A stretch of DNA of 39,671 bases, from contig CAJNYD010000422.1 of assembly GCA_905331295.1 (NCBI GenBank), positions 1-39,671 on the forward strand. Reading direction: 5' to 3'. Positions 1 to 12,283 of the stretch are shown here, piece after piece (within the stretch, counting starts at the first letter, position 1; each line of letters begins with the position of its first letter). The notes beneath the pieces were generated by a model that saw only the letters and a program-made list of their open reading frames with translations, had not been told where the DNA came from and made no database searches. Both the position numbers and the translations under genes were made by a program. This DNA comes from Rotaria socialis (taxonomy: Eukaryota).

Positions 1-689
1 CATTCTCTAGATCGCTTTCAAGATCGTAGCATTTTTTTTTAATATCATCCAACTCTTTTAATTTCATTTTCAATACTTCTTCTTGTTCTTCATGATTCTT
101 CTGCAACAATGCGAATTCGTCAGACAATAGTGAATTTCCAGATGTATCACATATTATGTTAAACCAACAGACTCTTGATTACAGAATAAATGAGGAAAAA
201 AAAAGAATTATGTAGTATTTTCTTTCTCACTATCCTGTGATAGTTCATGCACGCAGAACAACCTCAAAAGTAGGTTATTCACTGTTCTGCTAACGATCGG
301 ACGAACGTGTTTTTTTTTATACAGAAGGTTTAGGTTCATTTTCAGAACTTTGAATGGTCTTACTTTACGATCTCAAAAAGCCTGTAGTGCTTAATCCACA
401 GAGGGTAGTCGCACTTACTTTCAAAAACTGCGTTTGAAAATATGGCTGCTAGGGAGTGGCAGTGAAGTTGAGCTAGTAAAACTCAATGTTGATATGAAAA
501 ATAGCTCAATAAAAGTCCATACGTGGGCGAACAAAAATAAATAGCACATGGCAGAAGTATTCCTACGTCGCTTTTATCTTATAAAGATTCATTTAATTTT
601 ATTATATTTGTTCAAACCCCAAAGCCGAATAAGAGTTTCATATATGATTTCGAAGAGTTAACCATTGTGAAAATTTGTTTTTGTTTTAG

Positions 690-2066
690 AAATCACGACA
701 ACAACTGTGGCTATAAGTAAAAATTTCTGTCCTTGATGTATTCAGTAGAAAATATTCTTTATTTATAGCAACTGTCTACTTACCCAATCAATGCTCTAAC
801 TACACACTCGATACAGATTAGGGATGCACCAGTACCAGTATTATACTGATCTACTGGTCCAGTAAATACTGGTGACCAGTAATACTGGTGACCAGTAATA
901 CTGGTTTTCTACTTTCGAAAATAACTACCAGCTAAATGGGTCATTTTCTCAGCCATCACCTCCCGTGTCTATATTCAAGTGAAAAATTGAGTTTTGCAGC
1001 AGTTTGAAACAGTATAAGATGTTCTATACTCAACTAACTGATAACATTATCTAGAACATTTTTCAATAGTTTTCAGCGTTTTTGAAGAAAAAAGATCATT
1101 AATTCAGGCCGTAGTCATGGTAAAAAAAGAAATCGTACTCGAAAATCTATATTGAGTATATTATATAGCACTAAAACTCAGTAAATGGAGAAAAAAATAA
1201 ATGGATATGTGTAAACAATGACAATTGCCACTTGTATTAGTATTAAATAAGAAAATGCTATTGATACGAGGGCACCTTATGCACTGATTTTATTCAGTAC
1301 TAATAAAACTCCTATATTGATGTGTCAGGTTAAACTTCTAGGTATAAATCCAAAACGATAAGGAGTTAAGGACATTATTTGTGCTTACATAAGTTAAAAG
1401 ATTCGATCAAACTATTGGTATCGTTACAAAATTGAGTAGGTAATAGTGGCATTGCTTGTTTACCGTGCCGTAATTTTCATTTAATATATGTATTANCATA
1501 GACAGCGGAACTGACGGCTGAGAAAATTACTCATTTAGCTGGTAGTTATTTTCGAAAGTAGAAAACCAGTATTACTGGTCACCAGTATTTACTGGACCAG
1601 TAGATCAGTATAATACTGGTACTGGTGCATCTGTATTACAGATGCCACTCGCCTTTCAACGTACACTATTGGTTCATCAGGTTGTGATGGTTAGTACTTA
1701 TGCTACACCACTAAAATATTGTTCAAAAATATACATATATTCAGCTTTCTTTTTACGAACAGTGATATTTTGACGGATCTCCTACATATGTGAATAGTTA
1801 CTTGGGTACGTTTTTCTGGTGGAGGTGCAAATCGATTAGCTACAACTACTCCTCAAACTTATCGATGTGCAACATCGGCCACATGTTGGTTAGTTAGCGC
1901 TCTACCATCCACTGTTGGTTCAACTGTTACCGCAATCGTTTGTTTCAACTGGTCAAGCACTATTTGTTACTGGTCTAGCACGATTTCTGTTGCTAACTGT
2001 AATACCTTTTATGTCTTTTTCCTTGTTTCTCCAGCACAATGTGCTTTGCGCTATTGCACTCAATGA
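690..2066 (+). pseudogene. UMOD/GP2/OIT3-like D8C (eight-cysteine) domain gene, 3' exons, interrupted by a MITE
   Basis: Manually spliced exons 690-716, 769-818 + 1644-1689 (joined after removing the MITE and one TSD), and ~1798-2066 give ...TVYLPNQCSNYTLDTDATRLSTYTIGSSGCD/VTWVRFSGGGANRLATTTPQTYRCATSATCWLVSALPSTVGSTVTAIVCFNWSSTICYWSSTISVANCNTFYVFFLVSPAQCALRYCTQ*. This is the D8C pattern (WxRFxG...CxTxxxxW...VCF...C...NC..FYV..L...C..RYC). The MITE begins with an in-frame TAG. The last acceptor site is uncertain and the 5' exons were not found. Confidence 0.8.
819..1635. mobile_element. hAT-like non-autonomous element (MITE)
   Basis: TIRs of ~120-140 bp (819-958 vs 1512-1635) starting TAGGGATGCACCAGT and built from ACCAGTA/TACTGGT motifs; the left arm has one extra 16-bp unit. 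8-bp TSD ATACAGAT (811-818) / TTACAGAT (1636-1643). Confidence 0.9.
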
Positions 2067-4245
2067 AGTAGACATTGCTTGTTTTCTCGATATTTTTTTC
2101 AAATATACACATATAAAAATTCAAGTCTAACAAAGATTTTTGTTTATTCAGTGAATTAAGGGTGTGAGTATTGATACCGTTTTTCTCGTGGCCCAGATCC
2201 ATCCCACACCCTAATGCTAATGACAAGCGTTGTAATTTCATATGGATGAATTCGTTTGAACCATCAAGCATTCATAACTCGACAACTTCTCTCGTTGCAT
2301 TCATTGATTGTCTTGTGCTGAGCAAAAAGGAATAAGTGGCTGTTGAGATATTTTTCATTTGTGTCAACGAAAATGATTTTACTTTTCTTTCATTCCAACA
2401 ATGCAGTACAATATGTATTGTATGTGTATTAAAACGAAAGCATCACTTTTCACTCACTCTCATCATACGTTGCGTCGTCAAGACATCAGCCATGCATTAC
2501 TGATGATGTAGTAGTGGTATGATGACAGCACAACGAAATTCACTCAAAGATTAACTGTCACATGAAATCAACGACTACGTACGAGTGAACTGATCTATTG
2601 TGACAGCAATTGAATAGTCTCGAAGAACCCGCCCACTTAAAGTGAGTATAGAATAATGAATAAGACAAGCATACATCGTCTAGGTCGAAGATTTTAGAAA
2701 TCATATTTAATCATACTATATGTTTTAATTTATTTCATTCACCTAACGTAAAAAAGAGAAAAGGAAGGTGCCTTTTCCGTAAAATAAAAATAGATAAATC
2801 TGTTTAGTATTTGGATGAAGTTTCAGTCTATTAGCAATATAATTCTATAACAAACATTTCTTATTGGGTGTGCATTACTAAAATATTCTCTATTGAAATA
2901 ATTGTTAGAGTATAATCAGTATGGATTTCAAGTATATCAAACTATTCAGTACAACACTTTCAGTTTGTCATTCATACATAGGGATGAAAAACGATATGAT
3001 GTTTGAAAGAAGAATCTTGAACAATGTTTTATTTTACTACATTGAAATAAGATTCAAATATCCACTGTTCACAAAGCTTTATGACCACTGATGATTGATT
3101 CTTTGAATTTAGAATGCGTAGTATTTGTTTGTATCTTCTATGATAGTCATAAATACAATTTAAAAGAATATATCATTGCGAAGACTCCATGAAAAACTAG
3201 CTCTCCCAAACATCTTCTCATATGGATATCATCTAAGAAGATTTATGCCCGACTCTCACCCAAACAACTACATCATAGTCAGCAATAAATATTGACATAT
3301 GACAAATAAATCTTGGCATTCATTATAAATCTTACTAGACAGTGCAAAATGAACTTGAAGATCAGATCGTAATTTTTATCATTAGTATTTTAACTTCATG
3401 TGCGTACTTTTTATATTATTTTGAAGTCGAACTGAAAAGTATATAAACATAGAAATATCGAATCTTCACTAAATTTGTTTTTTATTTAATTTAAATAAAG
3501 ACATAATAATTAAACTATATACATCGGCTTTCACAAGCGTGACGTGATGACGTTTTTTCCACAGTTTTTTCAATTTTTCTCGCCTGTGAATGTATGCTTT
3601 ATCAAGGAAAGTGCTCTATAGATATTTGATAGCCAACCGTTTGGAGTATTGGCGAGAAAAAGAAAATCTTGAAATGTTTGCTTTGTTTGAATTAGAGATC
3701 GTATTCAGCAAAGTAACGCGATGAAGCCTAACTTTTTTAGATTGATTTTTTTCTGTGCTTATTTTCACTATATGAACAAGTACCTGAGACCAGCTACTAG
3801 TTTTGCCAATAAATTATTGGCAATAATTAATATAATCAGATGTTATATATCCAATTTATTAATTATTTCATTGTAAAAATCATAATAAAGAGAAGTGCAA
3901 TTAGTTATTGTACCGAACAGTTTGTACGTAATCATAAGTAATCGAAAATGAATATATAATTTAAATAAAATACTGTAATGATTGTTCAAATCTTAATTAT
4001 TATTCACAGTAGCGATTAATAAGAGACATCAATAAACAAAATATAAAATGAGAACTGAATAATTCTACAATCTACGAATAAAATATTCACAGTAAAATGA
4101 AAGCGCTCACTATCTTTTTCGAAGATATGTGTTCAACAAAACAAATAGATGAAGAATGATGAAATTACAAGAACAAAAAGGAACACCCATAATTCGATAT
4201 AGCTATAGTTTAGACAAAATGAACATCAATGCAACTATTATTTTT

Positions 4246-4975
4246 TCATATTCCAGTTGTGGCTGGTACAACACGTGTGCTTTTTCGATAAAAAGCTGTT
4301 TTAATCACATTGAAAAGTTCTCGATCAAGACAGTGTTGCTACCTTTTCAATAAATATTGTGAAAGAGACGAAGATAATACCAATCGAATAGAATATATTG
4401 ATAAGCGTAAAAATAAAGATTGTTGTTGGTATTCCTCCTGATAGATAGATTATGAATAAAACCATCAGATTGCGAAATATTTTTAAGCCTCTATTTTGTT
4501 GCTGTCGTCCACCTGTTCTTTCAGAAACTTAAGCAGAACTATGTCTCGCTCTATAGTAAACATAAGCATAAATGACAAAAACGCACGTGGTTGGTATATC
4601 AAAGTAGACATCGAAAGTGTAATAGGTATGTAACGGGTAGATTCGAGTGACCAAACAGTTTGAATGATAACGAAAGAAAATATCTGTGGTCACAATAGCC
4701 GGTGAGCTCGCCAGAATCCCGAGGATCCATTGAATGCCGATAAGAATGAAATGATTTGATTGAGCAACACAGCAGAAAATTGACCAAACACAAGTATTTC
4801 CAAGTAATAGATGATTAACGGTATGCATTCGTCGTCGATGGAATACTATGGTTACCAAAATGAGAGCACTACATATAACAGCCAAAATGGCGAAACCAAC
4901 GGAAATAGGAACCACAATTGAATAGCTGGCAGTATCATTGCGAAGAATTGTTATTTTAGTGGCCGTCGAGCTCAT
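4246..4975 (-). pseudogene. Rhodopsin-class GPCR-like pseudogene (invertebrate orphan receptor type)
   Basis: The ORF has TM1/TM2 (ILVTIVFHRRRMHTVNHLLLGNTC) and TM4-TM5 (IQWILG...IPTTCVFVIYAYVYYRAR). TM3 appears deleted near 4740. After the in-frame TAA at 4529-4531 the frame continues NRGLKIFRNLMVLFIIYLSGGIPTTIFIF...FIEKVATL, then frameshifts to LDRELFNVIKTAFYRKSTRVVPATTGI*. Confidence 0.75.
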
Positions 4976-6209
4976 TTTTATTTTGATGATGGTTAAAAAG
5001 AAACGTCAATCTCTACAACAATATTATACTATTCTCTTTTGACGATTGTGAATCCATCTGAAGTAGTTTTTTTTCTTTCAAGAGAATTAAGATATGAATG
5101 AAGCGTTTAATGTAATTGCTCGAGGTTGTGAATGTCACGAAGCTATTTTATTAAGGAGATGATATTAGACCATGCGGTATATTCTGATAAATATTTTATT
5201 TAAATTAAAATGCATATATTCTCTACTAGATTCTTTGATAAGATTGGACCATCAGTGGATACATGTTTTTCCAGAATGAATGACATAAGCCATCATGCAT
5301 ATATAGGTTGAACTGTAATTGGTATATATTTTGGATCGAACAAATCAGTAAACGTTGGATTAGTGTTCGGTAAAAACACTCTAGTTACAGCGCAGAATAC
5401 GATATTTTCCACTATTGGTTTTATGAAAATTTCTTTACGTAGCTATTTGATTCAAGAAATAGCTGTAAATTATTTTAGTAAAAAAATTCTAATATATATA
5501 TAAATTTATGATGAAGTTATAATTTCATCTTAAAAGAACATGATATGTAATCGATTTCTCTCAGAAACAGTTAGATTCGCTTACTAACTAAGTGACAAAA
5601 TTCAAAACCAAAAGCTGATTTCTTTATCAAAAACTCATCACCTCTCTCAACCGGTATAGAATTAGTACAAACATTGCTTTTGCTACCTGCACGAATTTCC
5701 ATTAACTGATCTACACAAACTAAAAACAATTTCCTTAATTACATTTCGTAATTGTTTCATTTTCTGTGAATATGCGACCTTTTGCTGCAACTGTTTCTTA
5801 CCGCCTGATGCATCGTCAAAGAAATTGTGACAGAACACCCTAATTCTGAAAATAGTAGAAATATGTTTATTACAATCTTTTCCCACGAAGCCTTCGCGGA
5901 AGTAGGTCATCTATCAGATGCAAGAGAAAGAATAAAAGTTGAGTTTTGTGCGAACAACGATGGCGAGCGAATTGACCAATCGAATTAAAACGTTGATATT
6001 CTTTTATTTTTTCTAGATCTATTTCTCCTTCTAATCTATTTACTTGGTAAGGGTACTCTTAGAAGTCGCCTTATCTTATATAACATTCACATGCCAGATC
6101 CAGAAGACTGCATTGAGAGCTCTTTTTTTATTAATGATAAGAATCGTTTCGAAAAACAATATTGTATGTTTCTCTTGATTATTTCCGTATTTTATATTGA
6201 GCCTCTCAT

Positions 6210-8600
6210 CTAATCATCGTCGTCATCCAAGGATTTATGTGGCGAAAAAGAAACTTTGGATGGAAATAGACACCCAAGTTGTTTCAAGTTTTCGTAAGCA
6301 CAATAAAGACCAGCGCGGACACATTCGTCGACATTTTTGCCTAATGCCCGATATGCAAGAAACCCTACAATTATATTTTATCAAAAACTACTAGTAGAAG
6401 TTGAGTTAATGAAAAGAGCATGAACATACCGCCTGCAAATGCATCAGCACAACCATGCGTATCAACTACATTGGCTTGTCTCTTCCATTCATATTCTTTT
6501 ACGTTTTCGACTATAAAACAATTATAGATCGCCCTTTCAGACAAAAAATAAGTTTCATTACCTGTTGCGACAGTCGTTCTGACTTTTAATTTTGACAGAA
6601 CAACGATGCGTGGTCGATTCATATTCCATTTCGGAGCGTTGCGGATAGCTTTGATAATGGTATGCAAATTGGTTGACTAGAAATGATCACTAGAGAATAT
6701 ACGTGGATTTATAATTGATATAAGTACTTACTTCGATGTCCAGCTGTGATCGAGCAAATACTTTGGCGTCCTATAAATTAATGTAAGCACAGCCATTATT
6801 TAGTTTGGGTGTGAAGCACATGTATATAGTAGGGTTATTGCGTTTCCGTTTCTTTCCTAGGAACTAGAATGCCAATCCGTTCCCACAGTTAGGAACGGAA
6901 GACACGAATTGAATTTTTTGCTCAAAGGAAAAGGGATCCGTATATGTGCACGTGTTCTTAGGAGTGGGTAACGCGTAAGTGGTTCAAACAAAAATATAAT
7001 CGGAGCCGAATAAACATGTCGATTTTTGTACTGGCTTCTAAAATGACGGTATGCGATGTACTCCCATTTCTTGAGAACGGTACGCTTCGAAGTCAGGAAC
7101 GCAACACCCCCAGTGCATAGCTTCACATGTAGGCTTTAGTTTGGTTGTAATTACGTGCTTAAATCTTATTCTAATTATCTAAATCCTGACCCCAAGGTGT
7201 TGCTACTCAGTTAAGATAGCCCTAGCTGTAAAGAGTTCAAAATGTAACAGAGAGCATATTTGATATCAGTCTTACGACTTTTGTCGATTTAATGATAATT
7301 AGAGAGACTTTCTATATCCTACTATATGTTGCACTTGATTAACTTACATCTTCGATTCCAAAGACAATATCAGCATATGGTAGTGCACTTAACAGACGAC
7401 TGCCGTAAGGATCATCACAAATATACTTGGCTGATAAAGTCATAGCGAAAATTTTACGCTTTTTATGAGAATATTCGCAGATACGCATGAATGCTTCTCG
7501 ATTTGAAACTAAAAAGAAACCCTGAGATGCGAAAAATCAACAGTTAGCATTAAAGATAAAAGCTGCATTATTGAAGTACCTCCGAACAAAGCACTCTGGC
7601 ACGGGCAATATGCTGCCAATTTTCTTCTACTTCCAAAAAGATGGATGTAAATGCTTCGGAAGCACCCAAACTAGCGATGCGCGTTCTAAAACACAGACAA
7701 GAAAGTTCAATAATAATAGAGATGTTTTTTCGGTTAACTTACTGGCTATCAGGCATGACCAAAATCGCGCAGCGACCTGTAGGCAAAGTTGGATGTTCTT
7801 GGTAAAGTGTGTTCAGGCCGGCCTCTTGGGCAACTTCTTGTAACCGGGTACTATCGAAATCAGTTCCAACACATCCCATATAGGTAGCTACTCTTGGCTG
7901 CTGAAGAAACCACTATTAATAATATAATATATAATGTAATTTTTAGTGATCCATATATTTTGTATAGGGAAGCGCTGTTAGCGCAATCCTTGTGGGGGGG
8001 GGGGGNACTAGCTTTTAAAAAATGGGTATATCTTTATTGATTTTGATTGATAATTCTGAACACTCCCAAGCCCTTGTTTCTTTTTTAAAAGAGCTGTTTA
8101 GTTTAACATTGTTCGAAAGGAAGTTCGCTTTACATGATCTCGTAAAGCACGTATTTTACATACCGCAATCGATCTCATAATGTTCTGCGATGACCCTCCG
8201 CTTGCAAGGCGTGCTTTTCCATCAATATCTTCGAAACTTAAAAAACAAAGCTGCCATAGCTAAGGAACAATTTAAAAATTTAGGCTCACATTTGTTGATG
8301 CTCATTTCCAGCCAATAATATTTGTCCTTCTTTCAAATTATGCCTAAAAGTTTGTCACAAATGAGTAATCAAAATATACTTGACACTAAGCACACTTTTT
8401 CAAAAATCTTTCATCAACTTTTATACTTAAATCTAACAGTGGGTTTCCAATGCCGAAGAATGTTCCATCCCTAAAAGTTGTATAATGAATCGATGAAAAC
8501 AATATTGTAAATCATACGCTAGATCAGGCTGCACTGGTTCGAACAATTCACCTGGGGTAGAATTTCTTTGGACTGATAACGAATGCAATACTTGGTCCAT
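6210..8600 (-). CDS. ADK: Adenosine kinase (PfkB/ribokinase family), divergent; 11 exons, 374 aa
   Basis: Exons 8600-8518, 8470-8396, 8343-8290, 8236-8164, 7912-7743, 7685-7580, 7521-7348, 6770-6732, 6676-6562, 6510-6430, 6364-6210. All introns are GT-AG, and the total is 1125 nt in frame with no internal stops. Motifs: FGIGNPLLDL, SGGSSQN, YMGCVGTD, PTGRCAIL, EGFFL, TLSAKY, RPRIVV, VDTHGCADAFAGGFL. Confidence 0.92.
6830..7112. mobile_element. Degenerate hAT-like MITE in an ADK intron
   Basis: Termini TAGGGTTATTGCGTTTCC ... GGAACGCAACACCCCCA form an imperfect inverted repeat. Flanking 8-mers are GTATATAG / GTGCATAG. Internal GAACG/CGTTC motifs recur. Confidence 0.6.
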
Positions 8601-8969
8601 ATTATAGGCCCAAATGCCAGAATTCGTTCTCGTTCTGGCACACTGTAAAAGTTTTTAACGATCGTTCGGAAAAAAACAATCACGGAAACGAATAAGGTTT
8701 TTTCATGAGTACAGAAAACCAACCGCTTAGTTGTCGTAGGAAATTGGAAGGTATACGCAATAAGCTGCAAACTTTACTCAATTTATATATCTTAGAAAAG
8801 CTACTCACTTATTCTACAGAACAAATTTTCACATTACTATAAGTAAATCAAATTTAATCCAAAATTCAACAGGAAAAAACAGCTCTTTTAAAAAAGAAAC
8901 AAGGGCTTGGGAGTGTTCAGAATTATCAATCAAAATCAATAAAGATATACCCATTTTTTAAAAGCTAGT
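8007..8969. repeat. Perfect 93-bp inverted repeat pair (8007-8099 / 8877-8969)
   Basis: The two copies are exact reverse complements. The left copy starts directly after a poly-G run and the N at 8006. Confidence 0.9.
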
Positions 8970-9614
8970 GATCTAGGAAATTTATATATATATTCAGGTG
9001 AATATATATGCCAATAACTCGAAGGCCGTTCCTCTAAAAAGGAGTTATGTATGCAAGAATTCATATATTTATTTTTTGTTTCATTGCTGAAAAAATGGTT
9101 ATCTTACGGAACTATATTTTTGCAACGAAATCGAAACCATTTTCACGCTTCATCGGTACTCAATACACGCTCCCGATTATTGACAATTGTCCACGAAGCT
9201 TTTTGTGAGATTTGAATTACTTTGCTAAATTTAAAATTCTTGTCAAGTTTTGTGTCAAGAACGAAATATTTTTTTAATTTCACAACTCCCATGAAATTAT
9301 CTTTGGTTCAGTGTTGCATCTTTACTTTTTCATAAGAGACCACCGTTACCGAAAAAATATGGATGGTCTTTTTTAATTTAAAACTCAGATTCAGTTAAGA
9401 CTCTATAGGCTTGATTTTCGAGTGATATACAATCCCACATTTCTTTGCCACGCGAGCACCAAGTAGATGATTTTAAGACTCTTTCACATACCTGTCTTGA
9501 ATATGTGATATGCAGGAATAAATTGAAATAATCTAAAATAAAACAAACTCGTTGATACATATACAATAGAAGTCCATTGATAGAATATTTATTGATCGTA
9601 AACAATCATATGAA

Positions 9615-11066
9615 TTAGTTTAATAAATCAAAGAAAATTACGGTTTCAGCAGTACGCATCACTATTATTGATTGCTTCAACATAGTAATATTTTGCAACG
9701 AAGACTTTCCAGCAGAAGTCAGCTGAATTGATTTTACTTCTCCATTACTATCTAGTAAAAATAATAAATGATATGCACGCACGCCAACTAACCACTTATC
9801 ATTTGGCAGTGAAATCGGCCCAAGACACGGCATCGCAGGAATTCTTTTAGACCATACACATTGCATTGTGTTTGCATCGCGTACTTCAAAATAGTCTGAT
9901 TTACGGTCATTTGAGAGTGTAACTCCCAGACGACTACCACTTTGCGAAAAGCGGATGGATCTTATTTTTTGATCTTTGCGACAAGATATGGGAGCATTCC
10001 ATTGGTTTCTTAGAGTCCAATCACTTGGGGACCATTCTTGTAGGCAGCTGCCCTCACCTGTAAAACTTAGTAAGAGCGTATTGCGACTACTGGTACAACT
10101 TGCAAAAAGGCGTCCCCCGGGCGGTCGAATTTCACTTACAAGCCTTGGGGTCTTGCGACTTGGATCGAATTTAAATATTTGGGCTTCACTAAGCAAAATG
10201 AATACACTTTGTGATGATAACCAACAGATATCTAGAACCTCAACCAACGCATCAGAGACGTTTTTGCCACGAGGCATTGGTATAATCGTTTGGTAGTCTC
10301 GATTACATTCCACAATCGACAGTTCATCATTATTTCGCACAAAAATGACGTGACGATCCGAAGCGGCAATAGCCCTGCCTATTTTTTGATTGTCGATACG
10401 CTTGATAGGTTCGTGACCTTGTATGAGACGTTCAAAGTGAAGGTCATCTATAGAAACTGGTCCCACTACACCCCATTTTCCATTCTGCTCAGATTGCTCA
10501 AGCTCAATTAAATGGTCCCAGTCAGTAGCAGGTGCACAATGAACACTAACGCGCACTGACGAGGACGAGGTCTGTTCAATGCGATCGTTTCGTGCCCGAA
10601 GTTCGGCTACAATACGTTGCTGATTCCGTTCTACGTAGCTTTTTACATCCTCCATCGAACCTAGCTCTGTAATCGGCTCCACTAAGTCGATTAGGATATC
10701 GTTGCGTTCGTCGATGAGTTTTCTTAGCGAACATAAAGCTTGTCGAGTCGAATCATTCACTGCCAGTATCATGTTGTCGTGAAAGGCGTTGATTTGATCA
10801 CGCAGTTTTACCGGATTGAAGCCGCGATCTCCACCGTACTCAAGAACTGAAGAATGAATGGCTTGAACAATCATGTCATTTGCATTAATATCGCATTCAA
10901 CCACCGATGATATTTGTCGGCGATGCTCTTTGTAGCATTTGGAACAGAAACCTTCGTAACATCCAAGACACACATGTGTGATTTCCTTAGCCTGTGAGCA
11001 AGAGCATTTAGAGCGTGGTATACATACGGTTAATGCAGAAGCCGTTGATTTATGAGCAGATGACAT
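9615..11066 (-). CDS. Intronless 483-aa protein: B-box-like Zn finger, coiled coil, C-terminal beta-propeller-like domain
   Basis: Long open ORF. N-terminal CSCx8CLGCYEGFCSKCYKEHR, a helical region (~aa 50-170), then beta-strand repeats (LDICWLS...FILLS, IRSIRFS...LGVTL, WLVG). Confidence 0.8.
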   Translation of the reverse strand: MSSAHKSTASALTVCIPRSKCSCSQAKEITHVCLGCYEGFCSKCYKEHRRQISSVVECDINANDMIVQAIHSSVLEYGGDRGFNPVKLRDQINAFHDNMILAVNDSTRQALCSLRKLIDERNDILIDLVEPITELGSMEDVKSYVERNQQRIVAELRARNDRIEQTSSSSVRVSVHCAPATDWDHLIELEQSEQNGKWGVVGPVSIDDLHFERLIQGHEPIKRIDNQKIGRAIAASDRHVIFVRNNDELSIVECNRDYQTIIPMPRGKNVSDALVEVLDICWLSSQSVFILLSEAQIFKFDPSRKTPRLVSEIRPPGGRLFASCTSSRNTLLLSFTGEGSCLQEWSPSDWTLRNQWNAPISCRKDQKIRSIRFSQSGSRLGVTLSNDRKSDYFEVRDANTMQCVWSKRIPAMPCLGPISLPNDKWLVGVRAYHLLFLLDSNGEVKSIQLTSAGKSSLQNITMLKQSIIVMRTAETVIFFDLLN

Positions 11067-12283
11067 AGTATGATCTGTAAATATGAAAGCAAAGACTTTT
11101 GCTTTTGGATGAATTGAATGAAAATGATTGTCAAAGCGCTCCCAAATGGAACGAAAATTATGAGGGCGTGTGGGTTTCTTTATTATATCAATATGATATT
11201 GATACCCAAACGCACACCCATAACTGAGATTTTAAACTTTGCCAAATCTGCTTTCGTACAAAATAGTTGCTGGTAAATGTTGGTCTACGGAAAGCAAAAT
11301 AAGTTACTTTCGTGATTAGCTTCATACAAGCTGCTAGATATGTTGGAAATTCTGCAGGCATCGAAACTCATAAAACACATATCGGCGTACTATTCTGAAT
11401 TTCAGCTCATAACTAGTTTTATCTAAATACAAATTGACGCTCGGGCTATGGAAGTAGACCTGTCGAACACCGTAGGGAAAGGGAAAATATAAGCAGATCT
11501 ATCCGAAGTTTATACCCGTCTGTTATTTGTTGATTGCCTTCGGCTTATAGCCAATCTTTTACAATATCATGAGATTTCAATTCTTATATGTTAACTATTG
11601 AAAATAAAAGCTACCAGGCGAATAGGCTGAGTTTACTAGAAATGCTGAAGTGCACCAAGTAGTTTATTGTTTTTTTTTCTTTCTTGCAGCTTCGACTACT
11701 TTTTCTTCCTTTATTTACTTTTCAATTAAAAATCTACCAACCAAACTGCTTTAATGATCGCACGAGTGCCTCACAATAATGTAAAATTTTCGAAAGTTGG
11801 CATATTCCATAAAAAAACAAGTTAACTAAAAATAAAACTCTGGCGGCCACTTTAATTCTTCGGAGGATACTGAAAACAAAGATTATCATGAGACTCACTG
11901 CATTTCTTTTGCGAAATTTAATGATAAAATAGTAAATTCAGTAGTGCGTAAAAGCAAGAGTATCAATCGATGAGTGGCTTCCACTAGAAATCTTATTTTT
12001 AATTTATCCTGCATAGGCACTGCAAGTTAGAAGATTTTTCACCTTTGCAAAACTCCATAACGTCTGTCACATATTGTATTTAGGTAAGTAATGTTCAAAC
12101 ACAGCAAATTTTGTATCTTTTAAATTCTTCTATTAATATAATATACCATATGAAAACACTTGCCTTTCTCTATTAAAGATGTGCGCGCATGCGTGTGCGC
12201 GAATGTGGAGTGTTGGGTGTTGCCATAATGAAACTCTCACTGATTCACAACCAAATTCGGGTTGGTTTTTTTTAGGTAGCAAT

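Noticed and set aside
6371..6667. 98-aa ORF as a standalone PfkB gene
   Set aside because: It is a read-through of two ADK exons and their introns.
9976..10511. Plus-strand ORFs of 106 and 73 aa
   Set aside because: They are antisense shadows of the 483-aa gene.
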